NCBI GenBank assembly: GCA_027251445.1
Contig: JAPNQO010000111.1
Coordinates: forward strand, 1 to 17,137
DNA: 17,137 bases
Source: Fidelibacterota bacterium
GTDB lineage: Bacteria > Fidelibacterota > Marinisomatia > Marinisomatales > TCS55
Direction of reading: 5' to 3'
The position numbers and the translations under genes were made by a program. Shown in pieces: positions 6,624 to 16,267 of the stretch. Below the pieces are notes generated by a model. It was not told the origin of the DNA. It saw only the letters and a list, made by a program, of their open reading frames with translations, and did not search any database. Position 1 is the stretch's first letter. Each line of letters opens with the position of its first letter.

Positions 6624-9217
6624 CAAAGAAAAATATAAAAGATCAAGGGACTCCTTTAATGCGTCAATATGATGAAATAAAACAGCAATATAGTGATGCA
6701 ATTGTATTATTTAGAATGGGTGACTTCTATGAAACTTTTAATGATGATGCAATATTAACTGCAAAAATATTAGGTATAGTACTTACAAAAAGATCAAATG
6801 GCGCTGCCGCTGAAGTCCCATTAGCTGGATTTCCATATCATTCTATAGATAATTATCTCCACAAACTTGTAAATGCTGGTCAACGTGTTGCTATTTGCGA
6901 GCAGGTAGAAGACCCAAAGCTTGCAAAAGGTATAGTTAAAAGAGAGGTTATTGAGGTAGTAACACCTGGAACAATCACAAGCGATACCGCATTAAATGAA
7001 AAATCAAATCAATTTATTGGCTGTATACATTTCGCTAATCAAGTTGCAGGTTATGCTGTATTGGATAAATCAACTGGAGAATTATTTATTGGTGAATGTA
7101 CATCAATTGATTTAACAGAGTCGTTATTGAAGTTTGCTCCAAGAGAAATATTAATAGGTAGCAATATTACTTATTCTACTGCTTCATGGTATAGAGAATT
7201 AAGACCTTTCATAAGTGTTATAGATGAATGGTTATTATCATATGAGGAATCTAACCGTATTCTAAAAAAACATTTTAAAGTTCGATCTTTAAAGGGTTTT
7301 GGATGTGAAAATCTGAAATTAGGAGTTACAGCAGCAGGGGCTATTTTTCAACATGTAAAGGCCTCATTGCATAGCTCATTAGGACATGTAACTAATCTCA
7401 AACCTATCCATGATGAAGGGGTGATGGGAATAGATAGCTTTTCAGTAAAAAATCTTGAAGTATTTAGGTCATTATCGACACAAGGATCTCATGGTACATT
7501 AATTGATTTATTAGATGATACTGTTACAAATGGTGGTGGACGAAAGTTAAAACAGTGGCTTAGTCGACCATTAAATAATATAAATAGATTGAATAATCGA
7601 TTGAACGTAGTTAATGCATTTGTTAATGAGAAAAACCAATTAAATAAATTTAGAATTATTCTTAAAGATATTCTTGATATTGAAAGAATATTAGGAAAAG
7701 TCAACCAAGGAAAGTCTACGCCAAGAGATATAATTGGTTTAAAGCAAAGTTTAAGTAAAGTACCAGAAATAAAAGAATTATTATTGAATATGGATAATAA
7801 ATATTTAAACGAAGCAGCATCCACTTTTGTTGATACAGAATCCATTGTTTCACTAATTACTTCTCAGTTTAATGATGAAGTTCCAGCGCAGATTAAGCAA
7901 GGGAATGTATTTCGTAAGGGTATAAATAAAAAGTTAGATGATTTGAGGAGATTAATGGAGGGTGGAAAAGAATGGATTGATGAACTAGAAAAAAATGAAA
8001 GGAATAGAACAGGAGCTAATCGATTAAAAATTGGCTTTAATAAAGTTTTTGGATATTATATAGAAATTTCAAAGTCACAACAGAATAATATACCTGATGA
8101 ATATATTCGAAAACAAACATTAGTCAATTCTGAACGGTATATCACAGCTGAATTAAAAGAATATGAAGAAAAAGTTTTATCTGCTGAGGAACATATTTTA
8201 TCCATTGAAATTGAACTTTATTCTATTTGTTGTAGTAAAATATTAGAAAAAGTAGAGTTAATCCAAACCAATGCAATAATACTGAATCGTCTTGATGTCC
8301 TATTGACATTTGCTCATTTAGCAATACAAAATAGATATATAAAACCACGATTATCTGATTCTCCATACTTAAAAATAACTGATAGTAGACACCCTGTTGT
8401 TGAACAGCTATTACCTTCCTCTGAGCGTTTTATAAGTAATAGTATTGATTTAAATACAACCACAAATCAAATACATCTAATAACAGGTCCTAATATGGCA
8501 GGTAAGTCAACTTATTTACGTCAAATAGGTTTAATTGTATTAATGGCTCAGATCGGATCATTTGTGCCTGCAAAAGAAGCAGAAATAGGAATCGTAGATC
8601 ATTTGTTTACTAGAGTTGGAGCTAGTGATAATCTTGCTGGAGGTGAAAGTACATTTCTTGTTGAAATGATTGAAGCTTCTAATATTGTACATAATGCTAC
8701 GCCTAAAAGTCTTATCCTTCTTGATGAAATTGGAAGAGGTACGGCAACATTTGACGGTTTATCTTTAGCATGGTCTATAACTGAGTATTTACATAATAAT
8801 GAATCTGTTGCTGCTAGGACATTATTTGCGACTCATTATCATGAATTGACAAAGTTAGATAAAACATTAGAACGATTGGAAAATTATCATGCTTCAGTAA
8901 AAGAATCTAAAGATGAAATAATCTTTTTAAAGAAAATTTTACCTGGACCAGGCAATAAAAGTTATGGTATTCATGTAGCAAAAATGGCAGGCCTACCGCA
9001 GATTATATTAGATAGAGCTAACGAAATTCTTTTACACCATATAAAAAATAGTAAAGAAAAAGGCAATTATTTGCCAAAGGGAAATAATGATCAGATTTCA
9101 ATTTTTAAAGAAAATGATAAGTCATATCTAAAAGATCTTAAGGATATTGATGTTAATAAACTCACCCCAATAGAAGCGCTAAAAATATTAGACAATTTGA
9201 AAAAAAAATATGAATAA
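6620..9217 (+). CDS. mutS: DNA mismatch repair protein MutS (MutS1)
   Basis: TPLMRQY, FRMGDFYE (Phe-X-Glu), Walker A GPNMAGKST, GESTFLVEM, DEIGRGT, FATHYHEL, SYGIHVA; clamp-binding-like QISIF near the C-terminus. TTG start overlaps the selB stop. Confidence 0.98.
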   Translation: MTKKNIKDQGTPLMRQYDEIKQQYSDAIVLFRMGDFYETFNDDAILTAKILGIVLTKRSNGAAAEVPLAGFPYHSIDNYLHKLVNAGQRVAICEQVEDPKLAKGIVKREVIEVVTPGTITSDTALNEKSNQFIGCIHFANQVAGYAVLDKSTGELFIGECTSIDLTESLLKFAPREILIGSNITYSTASWYRELRPFISVIDEWLLSYEESNRILKKHFKVRSLKGFGCENLKLGVTAAGAIFQHVKASLHSSLGHVTNLKPIHDEGVMGIDSFSVKNLEVFRSLSTQGSHGTLIDLLDDTVTNGGGRKLKQWLSRPLNNINRLNNRLNVVNAFVNEKNQLNKFRIILKDILDIERILGKVNQGKSTPRDIIGLKQSLSKVPEIKELLLNMDNKYLNEAASTFVDTESIVSLITSQFNDEVPAQIKQGNVFRKGINKKLDDLRRLMEGGKEWIDELEKNERNRTGANRLKIGFNKVFGYYIEISKSQQNNIPDEYIRKQTLVNSERYITAELKEYEEKVLSAEEHILSIEIELYSICCSKILEKVELIQTNAIILNRLDVLLTFAHLAIQNRYIKPRLSDSPYLKITDSRHPVVEQLLPSSERFISNSIDLNTTTNQIHLITGPNMAGKSTYLRQIGLIVLMAQIGSFVPAKEAEIGIVDHLFTRVGASDNLAGGESTFLVEMIEASNIVHNATPKSLILLDEIGRGTATFDGLSLAWSITEYLHNNESVAARTLFATHYHELTKLDKTLERLENYHASVKESKDEIIFLKKILPGPGNKSYGIHVAKMAGLPQIILDRANEILLHHIKNSKEKGNYLPKGNNDQISIFKENDKSYLKDLKDIDVNKLTPIEALKILDNLKKKYE

Positions 9218-10235
9218 AAATTTTTTATTTATTACATATATAATATTTTCGTTCATTTATGCTGAATCTATCTGGGTAAACTATGGTTGGGAAATTTTTG
9301 ACAATGCAGGAGATGGTCGTGCATTATCATTAGGAAATTCTCTTATCGCTGACGGTTCCTCACCTATATCTGTTTTATGGAATCCAGCGCATCAGGACAC
9401 ACAGAGAATTTTACCTTTTTCTTATGGACATCAAAATCGTTTCGCAGGTTTAGTTAGTAGTGATGTGTTAGTTTTCAGCTACAATAAGAAGATAAAGACA
9501 CCCTTAAGTATAGTAATTTTACGTGAAGCAGTATCAAATATTCCGGACACAAGAGACCTGCTTCTTGATTGGGGGGCAGACGGCATGCCAGGCACAATGG
9601 ATTTTGGTGAAGCTAATGGAGTTTTAGATGAAGGTGAAAGACTTGATTACGAAAAAATTAAATATTTTAATCAGTCCCAATGGGCCTTGCACTTAAGCAC
9701 AGCAAAGAAAATTAAAAATTTTACTTTAGGTATTGCCGCTAAGAGTTTATTTCATAATCTTGGCGGGTATAATGGAAATGGATTTGGTTTTGATATTGGA
9801 GCAAAATTTTCTCCCTGGAAAAATGGTACTTTGGGCATGACATTTAATCACTTTACAACCTCTTGGTTTATTTGGGATAATGGTACGGTGGAAAGAACTT
9901 TGCCAAATCTAAATTGTGGATTGACTCAAATATATAAATTATCCAACAAGCCAATAGATTTGAGATTTAATGGAGGGATTACTAAGATAATAGGCTATAA
10001 AAAAGCTTTATATAATTTAGGTTTCGAATTAAGCTATAATTCTAAGTTTCAAATAAGATTAGGTAGAAATAATAATGGATTTATTTCTACAGGGATAGGA
10101 TTAATTTGGTCAAGGTTTTCTATTGATTATGCTTATCGCCCATCTCCATCATATACTGGATTTGGATCCAGCCAATTAATATCATTTAGATTAGATCCAA
10201 ATTGGCTTAAGAGTAAAATTATTTCTTTATTGTAG
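9210..10235 (+). CDS. Probable outer-membrane beta-barrel protein, PorV/PorQ (FadL-like, UPF0164-like) family
   Basis: Signal-peptide-like N-terminus (MNKNFLFITYIIFSFIYA/E), GRALSLG...LWNPA, GFGFDIG, alternating beta-strand pattern, and IRLG...STGIGL...IDYAY near the C-terminus. Confidence 0.7.
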   Translation: MNKNFLFITYIIFSFIYAESIWVNYGWEIFDNAGDGRALSLGNSLIADGSSPISVLWNPAHQDTQRILPFSYGHQNRFAGLVSSDVLVFSYNKKIKTPLSIVILREAVSNIPDTRDLLLDWGADGMPGTMDFGEANGVLDEGERLDYEKIKYFNQSQWALHLSTAKKIKNFTLGIAAKSLFHNLGGYNGNGFGFDIGAKFSPWKNGTLGMTFNHFTTSWFIWDNGTVERTLPNLNCGLTQIYKLSNKPIDLRFNGGITKIIGYKKALYNLGFELSYNSKFQIRLGRNNNGFISTGIGLIWSRFSIDYAYRPSPSYTGFGSSQLISFRLDPNWLKSKIISLL

Positions 10236-10322
10236 TTTAATTGAGAATATCGTTTTTAGATCTTTATTTGAATTAAAATACCAAAATGAATTAAATTTAA
10301 AACTTATCCTGGGTAAGGTATT

Positions 10323-11186
10323 ATGATTTTAAGTATGACAGGCTTTGGCCATGCAGTTACTGAAACTGATATTGGACAATTATCCGTATCTATACGGTCA
10401 GTTAATTCTAGATATTTAGATATAAAAATACGTGGTCTAAATCTTGAGCCACTGATTGAGAAAGATATTAGAGAGTTAATATCAAGTAAATTGATAAGAG
10501 GTTCAGTTCAACTATTCTATGAATTAATTATAGGCTCACCTTCAAACAATAGTTTTTCATTTAATAAAGAACGTTTTGAAGCAATAGATGAAACTTTAAA
10601 GATGATTTCAAAAAAATATTCTTATGATATTAATCCTGGTGATTTCATTCACACTTCAGACCTATTATCAGATGGTAGATTAGAAAATATAAATAAAGAT
10701 GATATTTTAAAAATTACTAATGATGCAATTTTTCAATTGAATGAAATGCGAGAATCAGAAGGAAATAAAATTTGTAAAGATATATCATCAAGATTAAATA
10801 CTCTAAAAAAAGGTGTTAAAAGTATAGAGAAAGTGAATATTTCTTTTGCAAAAAATAGAAAAGACAAATTACAAAAGCGTTTAGAAAAATTATTAGGGGA
10901 TTATGAATTAGATGAGTCTAGGTTAATGCAGGAAGTAGCTATCCTAGCAGAGCGAGCTGATGTTACAGAAGAAATAGTACGTTTGAATAGTCATTATAAA
11001 CAATTAAGTAAATTACTGGACAGTGGTGCTAGTGTAGGAAAAAGATTAACATTTTTAATCCAGGAAGTATTTCGTGAAATTAATACAATAGGTTCAAAAA
11101 ATGGTTCAGCTGAAGTAATAAATCAAGTAATTGAAATGAAAAATGAACTTGAAAAAATAAGGGAACAAGCACAAAATATACTATGA
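10323..11186 (+). CDS. yicC: YicC/YloC family endoribonuclease
   Basis: MILSMTGFG, IRSVNSRYLD, DVTEEIVRLNSH, GKRLTFLIQE..REINTIGSK, EKIREQAQNI; directly upstream of gmk. Confidence 0.95.
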   Translation: MILSMTGFGHAVTETDIGQLSVSIRSVNSRYLDIKIRGLNLEPLIEKDIRELISSKLIRGSVQLFYELIIGSPSNNSFSFNKERFEAIDETLKMISKKYSYDINPGDFIHTSDLLSDGRLENINKDDILKITNDAIFQLNEMRESEGNKICKDISSRLNTLKKGVKSIEKVNISFAKNRKDKLQKRLEKLLGDYELDESRLMQEVAILAERADVTEEIVRLNSHYKQLSKLLDSGASVGKRLTFLIQEVFREINTIGSKNGSAEVINQVIEMKNELEKIREQAQNIL

Positions 11187-11758
11187 GAAATTTAATTGCT
11201 ATTTCTGCACCATCTGGTACTGGTAAGTCTACTCTTTGCGAGGAGGTAAGGAGAAAAAAACCTGAAATTAAATTTTCTGTATCTTGTACTACTAGGCCTA
11301 AACGTAATTATGAAAAAGATGGAATAAACTATTATTTTTTGACTGAAGATGAGTTTAAATCTAAAATAAAGAATAATGAATTATTAGAATATGAGGAAGT
11401 TCACGGTTATTACTATGGAACTTTAATTAATACACTCAAAAATGCAATTAGCAGCAAGGAATTGATGCTATTTGATGTTGATGTAAATGGCGCAATGTCA
11501 ATTAAAAAAAAATATCCTAGAAATACCCTTACAGTATTTATTTTACCGCCTTCAATTGAAGACTTAAAAGTACGTTTGATTAATAGAGGAACAGACTCTA
11601 GAAAAATAATTAAAAAAAGATTAGAAAGAACTAATAAAGAGATGAAATTTAAAGATAAATTCGATACTTTTATGATCAATGATGATCTATCAAGTGCTGT
11701 GAAAAAATTAAATGAAATTATAACCAATCTAGAAAAAGGAGTATTATATGGCAGTTAA
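11183..11758 (+). CDS. gmk: Guanylate kinase
   Basis: SAPSGTGKST P-loop, SVSCTTRPKR..EKDGINYYF, YYGT, FILPPS, RLINRGTD. Confidence 0.97.
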   Translation: MRNLIAISAPSGTGKSTLCEEVRRKKPEIKFSVSCTTRPKRNYEKDGINYYFLTEDEFKSKIKNNELLEYEEVHGYYYGTLINTLKNAISSKELMLFDVDVNGAMSIKKKYPRNTLTVFILPPSIEDLKVRLINRGTDSRKIIKKRLERTNKEMKFKDKFDTFMINDDLSSAVKKLNEIITNLEKGVLYGS

Positions 11759-12029
11759 GCCACTTGCATTAAGAAAATTAGAGAAACAATCTAAAAATAT
11801 TTATGAGGCAGTAGTCGTAATGTCTAAAAGGGCGCGGCAGATTAATCAAGAACGCTATGAAGAAAAAGTTATATTAGAAACAGATGATATTTCAGATTTA
11901 GATGTTTTAGATGAATTGCCACAAATTGACCCTGATGAATATGAAGAAAAAGAAAAAGTAACCACAGAAGCTATGGATCAATTTTTGTCTGGTGAAGTTG
12001 AATGGAAAGATTTAAATGATGAGGATTAG
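11748..12029 (+). CDS. rpoZ: RNA polymerase omega subunit (FCB-group type)
   Basis: NIYEAVVVMSKRARQIN and K.TTEAM.....GEV motifs; follows gmk; SD AAGGAG upstream. Confidence 0.88.
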   Translation: MAVKPLALRKLEKQSKNIYEAVVVMSKRARQINQERYEEKVILETDDISDLDVLDELPQIDPDEYEEKEKVTTEAMDQFLSGEVEWKDLNDED

Positions 12030-12040
12030 TAGGATAAAGT

Positions 12041-12697
12041 TTGACAAATAGAAACTTGATTAATAAATATTTAAAACAAACTCAGGATATTTATGGAGAC
12101 AAACTATACTTTAATTTTAAAAAAGATCCTAAATATTCTAAAGTTGCAGACTATTCATTAGATGAATTTTATAGTTCAATTAAGAATTGTCAGGCATGCC
12201 AATTAGGAGCGACAAGGAAAAGTTTTGTTTTTGGTGTAGGTGATAAAAATGCTGACTTATTGCTTGTTGGAGAAGCTCCAGGTGAAAAAGAAGATATGGA
12301 AGGGATTCCATTTGTAGGTCGCGCTGGTAGATTGCTAGACAAAATATTATCTGCAATATCTTTATCAAGAGATAGCGGTGTTTATATATGTAATGTTATA
12401 AAATGTCGTCCTCCCAAAAATCGAGATCCACTCCCTTCAGAGATTGAAAAATGTGAACCTTACTTAAAAGAGCAAATTAATTTGATAAAGCCTAAACTAA
12501 TAGTAGCTTTGGGTAGAGTTGCGGCAAAGACCTTATTAAATAATGATTTATCCTTAAAAGAAATGCGTTCAGTTAAACATAACTATTATGGTATACCGCT
12601 AGTGGCTACTTATCATCCAGCAGCTTTATTAAGGAATCAAAATCTTAAGCCTGCTGCTTGGGATGATTTCAAATGGATAAGAAATTTAATTAGCTAA
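12041..12697 (+). CDS. udg: Uracil-DNA glycosylase, family 4 (4Fe-4S type)
   Basis: [38 protein letters not shown]...[14 protein letters not shown] start with AGGA upstream. Confidence 0.95.
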   Translation: MTNRNLINKYLKQTQDIYGDKLYFNFKKDPKYSKVADYSLDEFYSSIKNCQACQLGATRKSFVFGVGDKNADLLLVGEAPGEKEDMEGIPFVGRAGRLLDKILSAISLSRDSGVYICNVIKCRPPKNRDPLPSEIEKCEPYLKEQINLIKPKLIVALGRVAAKTLLNNDLSLKEMRSVKHNYYGIPLVATYHPAALLRNQNLKPAAWDDFKWIRNLIS

Positions 12698-12702
12698 TAA
12701 TT

Positions 12703-14070
12703 ATGGCAAATAAAGAAATAGATAGTAATCTTAACTTACAACCTCAATCGATTGAAGCAGAATTAGCTGTTTTAGGTGCAATGTTATCTAGTAAAGACGC
12801 AATAAGTAAAGCACTACAATGGTTACGTAGTCATCATTTTTACAAAGAATCTCACAGTAAGATTTTTCTAGTTATGTCAGACCTTTTTGATAAAGGGGAA
12901 CCAATAGATACTATATCTGTCATAAATAAATTAAAGAAAAATAAACAGATTGATAACGTTGGAGGAGCATATTTTATAACTGGTTTAGTAGAATCTGTTC
13001 CTACTGCAGCAAATGTAGAGAGCTATGCAAAAATAGTATTAGAAAAGTTCATGCTTCGTGAGTTAATAAGAGCTTCTCATGAATTATCCAAAGATGCATA
13101 TAATGATCGACAGGATGTAGGAGAAATCCTTGATGCTGCTGAGCAAACGATCTTTAGTATAACTCAAGATCGTCTTCGTGGAGGTTTTATGCCTATAGAA
13201 GGTATTTTACATGATACATTTAAGAATCTAGATCGTATAGCATCGAACCCTGGTTCTGTTACAGGGGTTGCATCAGGATTGATTGATCTAGATGAAATTA
13301 CTTCTGGTTTTCAAAAAGGAGACTTAGTAATTATTGCTGGTAGACCTTCAATGGGTAAAACAGCTTTAGCATTATCAGTCATGAGAAACGCTGCAATAGA
13401 TTTTAAAGTGCCAGTAGGAATGTTTAGTTTAGAAATGGCAAATCATCAATTAGCTCAAAGACTTTTATGTGCTGAAGGAAGAGTAGATAGTCATTTAGTT
13501 CGCACTGGAAAACTTCCTAAAAATCAATGGAAGAATTTAAGTCTTGCTGTTGGTTCGCTTGCGGAAGCTGAAATTTATTTAGATGATACTCCAGCAATAA
13601 CTGTACTTGAATTGAGGGCGAAAGCAAGACGATTAAAAGCTGAGAAAAATTTAGGTCTTATAATTATTGATTATTTACAATTAATGCAAGGGCCTAGAAA
13701 TATTGAAAGTAGACAGCAGGAAATATCAAATATATCACGTTCTCTGAAAGCTTTGGCTAAGGAATTAGATGTTCCTGTTATAGCTTTATCTCAGTTATCT
13801 CGTGCAGTAGAACAAAGAAGCGATCATAGACCTCAATTATCAGATCTAAGAGAAAGTGGTGCAATTGAACAAGATGCAGATGTCGTTATATTTTTGTATC
13901 GTTCATGGGTCTATTCTAGAGAAGAGGAAGACAAGGGTAAAGCTCAAGCTATAGTTGCAAAACAGAGAAATGGCCCTATCGGAACTGTTAACCTATCTTT
14001 TATAGATCGTTTTGCTAGATTTGAAAGTATTTCTGCTTTTGAAGAGTTAGAATCTGAAGTTCCATTTTAA
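12703..14070 (+). CDS. dnaB: Replicative DNA helicase DnaB (no intein)
   Basis: PQSIEAE.AVLG, AGRPSMGKT, FSLEM, IIIDYLQLM, ALSQLSR.VEQR, SDLRESGAIEQDAD, AKQRNGPIG; 455 aa. Confidence 0.98.
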   Translation: MANKEIDSNLNLQPQSIEAELAVLGAMLSSKDAISKALQWLRSHHFYKESHSKIFLVMSDLFDKGEPIDTISVINKLKKNKQIDNVGGAYFITGLVESVPTAANVESYAKIVLEKFMLRELIRASHELSKDAYNDRQDVGEILDAAEQTIFSITQDRLRGGFMPIEGILHDTFKNLDRIASNPGSVTGVASGLIDLDEITSGFQKGDLVIIAGRPSMGKTALALSVMRNAAIDFKVPVGMFSLEMANHQLAQRLLCAEGRVDSHLVRTGKLPKNQWKNLSLAVGSLAEAEIYLDDTPAITVLELRAKARRLKAEKNLGLIIIDYLQLMQGPRNIESRQQEISNISRSLKALAKELDVPVIALSQLSRAVEQRSDHRPQLSDLRESGAIEQDADVVIFLYRSWVYSREEEDKGKAQAIVAKQRNGPIGTVNLSFIDRFARFESISAFEELESEVPF

Positions 14071-16265
14071 TGCAAAACCCCTTATCAAAATTTGTTCCTC
14101 AGCTAGTAGGTGAATATCCGCGAAAATTTCAAAGTTTATTTGAAAGTGTATCGATTATTAAAGGTTTTGAAAAAGAAGAAATACGCGATTTATTATGGAA
14201 AGCATATGAATTTTCAAGTACTCATCATGAAGGTCAGAAAAGAAAATCAGGTGAACCTTATTTTAATCATTGTTTAGCGGTTGCTAATACACTAGCATTG
14301 TGGAAGATGGATCATTTTACTATTGCTAGTGGAATGTTGCATGATACGGTTGAGGATACGAATGCTTCAATTACTGATATAAAATCTGTATTTGGTGAAG
14401 ATGTGGCTGATCTTGTTGATGGAGTTACTAAGTTAGGTGGTATTCGCTTTTCTAGTAGAGAGGAAAAACAAGCAGGAAATTTTATGAAAATGTTGCTTTC
14501 CGTTGCGCAAGATCTACGAGTAATAATAATTAAATTTGCAGATAGACTTCATAATATGAAGACAATCAAGCATTTACCAAGAATGAAACGTCATCGAATT
14601 GCAATGGAAACAAGAGATGTTTATGTGCCATTGGCTAATAGGTTGGGAATGGCCAAAGTTAAAGCAGATCTAGAAGACTTAGTATTCCAAACATTGAATC
14701 CTAAATCATATTCTGATCTTGAGTCTAAAATTAAGTCAAGCAGAAGATCTAGAGAGAGATATATCTCTGATATTACAAAACCAATATCAGATGAATTATC
14801 TAAACATAATTTAGAAGCATCAATCTATGGTAGAGTGAAATCATATTCTTCAATATATGGTAAGATGATTAAGAGGGGTAAATCATTTGATGAAATATAT
14901 GATAATCTTGCAGTAAGAGTCATTGTTAATACAATAGAAGATTGTTATTTAACACTTGGCGTTTTACATCAAAAACTCAAGCCAATTCAAGAACGTTTTA
15001 AAGATTTTATCGCAACTCCAAAAACAAATGCTTATCAATCAATTCATACAACAGTTATTGGCCCTGGAGGAAAGTTAGTAGAGATTCAAATAAGGACAAA
15101 AGAAATGGAAGAAACTGCTGAAATAGGTATTGCTGCGCATTGGCAATATAAAAAGGATAGTGTCGCCAGTAAAAGCATTGATAGTCATGTAAAATGGCTT
15201 AGAGATTTAGTAGAGATTCTTCAAGGGGAGTCTTCCGATCCAAGAGAGTTTATGAATTTATTAAAAATTGATTTATTTAATGATGAGATATTTGTTTTTA
15301 CACCAAATGGAGACTTAGTTCAGTTACCAGTTGATTCTACACCAATTGATTTTGCGTTTAATGTGCATACAGAAGTAGGGTTACATTGCATTGGTGCAAA
15401 AGTAGATCATAAAGTTGTTCCATTAAACACTATTTTAAAAAATGGAGATACTGTTGAGATTTTGACTAGCAAATCTCAAAATCCCAGTTATGGATGGTTA
15501 AAATTCATTGTAACTAGTAAGGCTAGAAATAATATAAATAAATTCTTACAAAAGGCTACTAGAGACGAAAGCATCATTCTTGGAAAGCAACTTGTTGAAA
15601 AAACACTTAGAAGATTAAAACGTAAATCACTCATGGGAGAATTAATTGAATCATATTCAAAATTTGGATATAATAATTCTGATTCATTTCTTGAAGCTAT
15701 TGGAAGTGGAATAATTTCTATTAGAGATATATTGAATAAAATAAGTCCGGAAGACAAGAATAAGGTTGAAGAAGAATCTCAAAATCAAGACAGTAAATTT
15801 CTAGATTTTGCCAGAAGTAGATCTAAAGGTATTAAAATTCAAGGAATTACCAATCTAATGGTATCTTTTGGAAAATGTTGTAACCCAATTCCTGGGGATG
15901 GAATGATTGGCTTTATTACAAGGGGAAGGGGCGTTACTGTTCATCGTTCTACTTGCAAAAGCTTGCCTCTATTAAACGAAGAATCTGACCGTTTGATTCC
16001 AGTAGAATGGGACGTAGGAAGGACTGATGTTTTTAATGTGAGGCTTAGAGTAGAATCAATTGATAGAAAAGGTATGCTAAGAGAGATTACGGAAGTTATC
16101 TCAGGCTCAAATATTAATATAGCCAGCGTTGATATGAAGGTTAAAGACGCATTGTCTACAGCATTTTTTATTATTCAAATCAATAATATCAAACAACTTG
16201 ATCGTATAATAAAAAAAGTAATCAAAATTCCAGGTGTTGAAAACGTAGAACGAACAGGTATTTAA
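14070..16265 (+). CDS. rel: Long bifunctional RelA/SpoT homolog (Rel), (p)ppGpp synthetase/hydrolase
   Basis: RKSGEPY, intact hydrolase motif LHDTVED, ADRLHNM, synthetase RFKD and YQSIHT, EIQIRT, TGS domain (TPIDFAF.VHT.VG), CCNPIPGD...HR..C, C-terminal ACT domain. Confidence 0.96.
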   Translation: MQNPLSKFVPQLVGEYPRKFQSLFESVSIIKGFEKEEIRDLLWKAYEFSSTHHEGQKRKSGEPYFNHCLAVANTLALWKMDHFTIASGMLHDTVEDTNASITDIKSVFGEDVADLVDGVTKLGGIRFSSREEKQAGNFMKMLLSVAQDLRVIIIKFADRLHNMKTIKHLPRMKRHRIAMETRDVYVPLANRLGMAKVKADLEDLVFQTLNPKSYSDLESKIKSSRRSRERYISDITKPISDELSKHNLEASIYGRVKSYSSIYGKMIKRGKSFDEIYDNLAVRVIVNTIEDCYLTLGVLHQKLKPIQERFKDFIATPKTNAYQSIHTTVIGPGGKLVEIQIRTKEMEETAEIGIAAHWQYKKDSVASKSIDSHVKWLRDLVEILQGESSDPREFMNLLKIDLFNDEIFVFTPNGDLVQLPVDSTPIDFAFNVHTEVGLHCIGAKVDHKVVPLNTILKNGDTVEILTSKSQNPSYGWLKFIVTSKARNNINKFLQKATRDESIILGKQLVEKTLRRLKRKSLMGELIESYSKFGYNNSDSFLEAIGSGIISIRDILNKISPEDKNKVEEESQNQDSKFLDFARSRSKGIKIQGITNLMVSFGKCCNPIPGDGMIGFITRGRGVTVHRSTCKSLPLLNEESDRLIPVEWDVGRTDVFNVRLRVESIDRKGMLREITEVISGSNINIASVDMKVKDALSTAFFIIQINNIKQLDRIIKKVIKIPGVENVERTGI

Positions 16266-16267
16266 TA

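Noticed and set aside
7489..7845. 118-aa minus-strand ORF
   Set aside because: Antisense to mutS; its Phe/Leu/Ile richness reflects the complement of Lys/Asn/Glu codons.
11413..11727. 104-aa hydrophobic minus-strand ORF
   Set aside because: Antisense to gmk; same complement-codon artefact.
12180..12368. 62-aa minus-strand ORF
   Set aside because: Antisense to the conserved core of udg.
12703..14070. Intein in DnaB
   Set aside because: Normal length with contiguous helicase motifs.
15488..15757. 89-aa minus-strand ORF
   Set aside because: Antisense to rel, with no motif.
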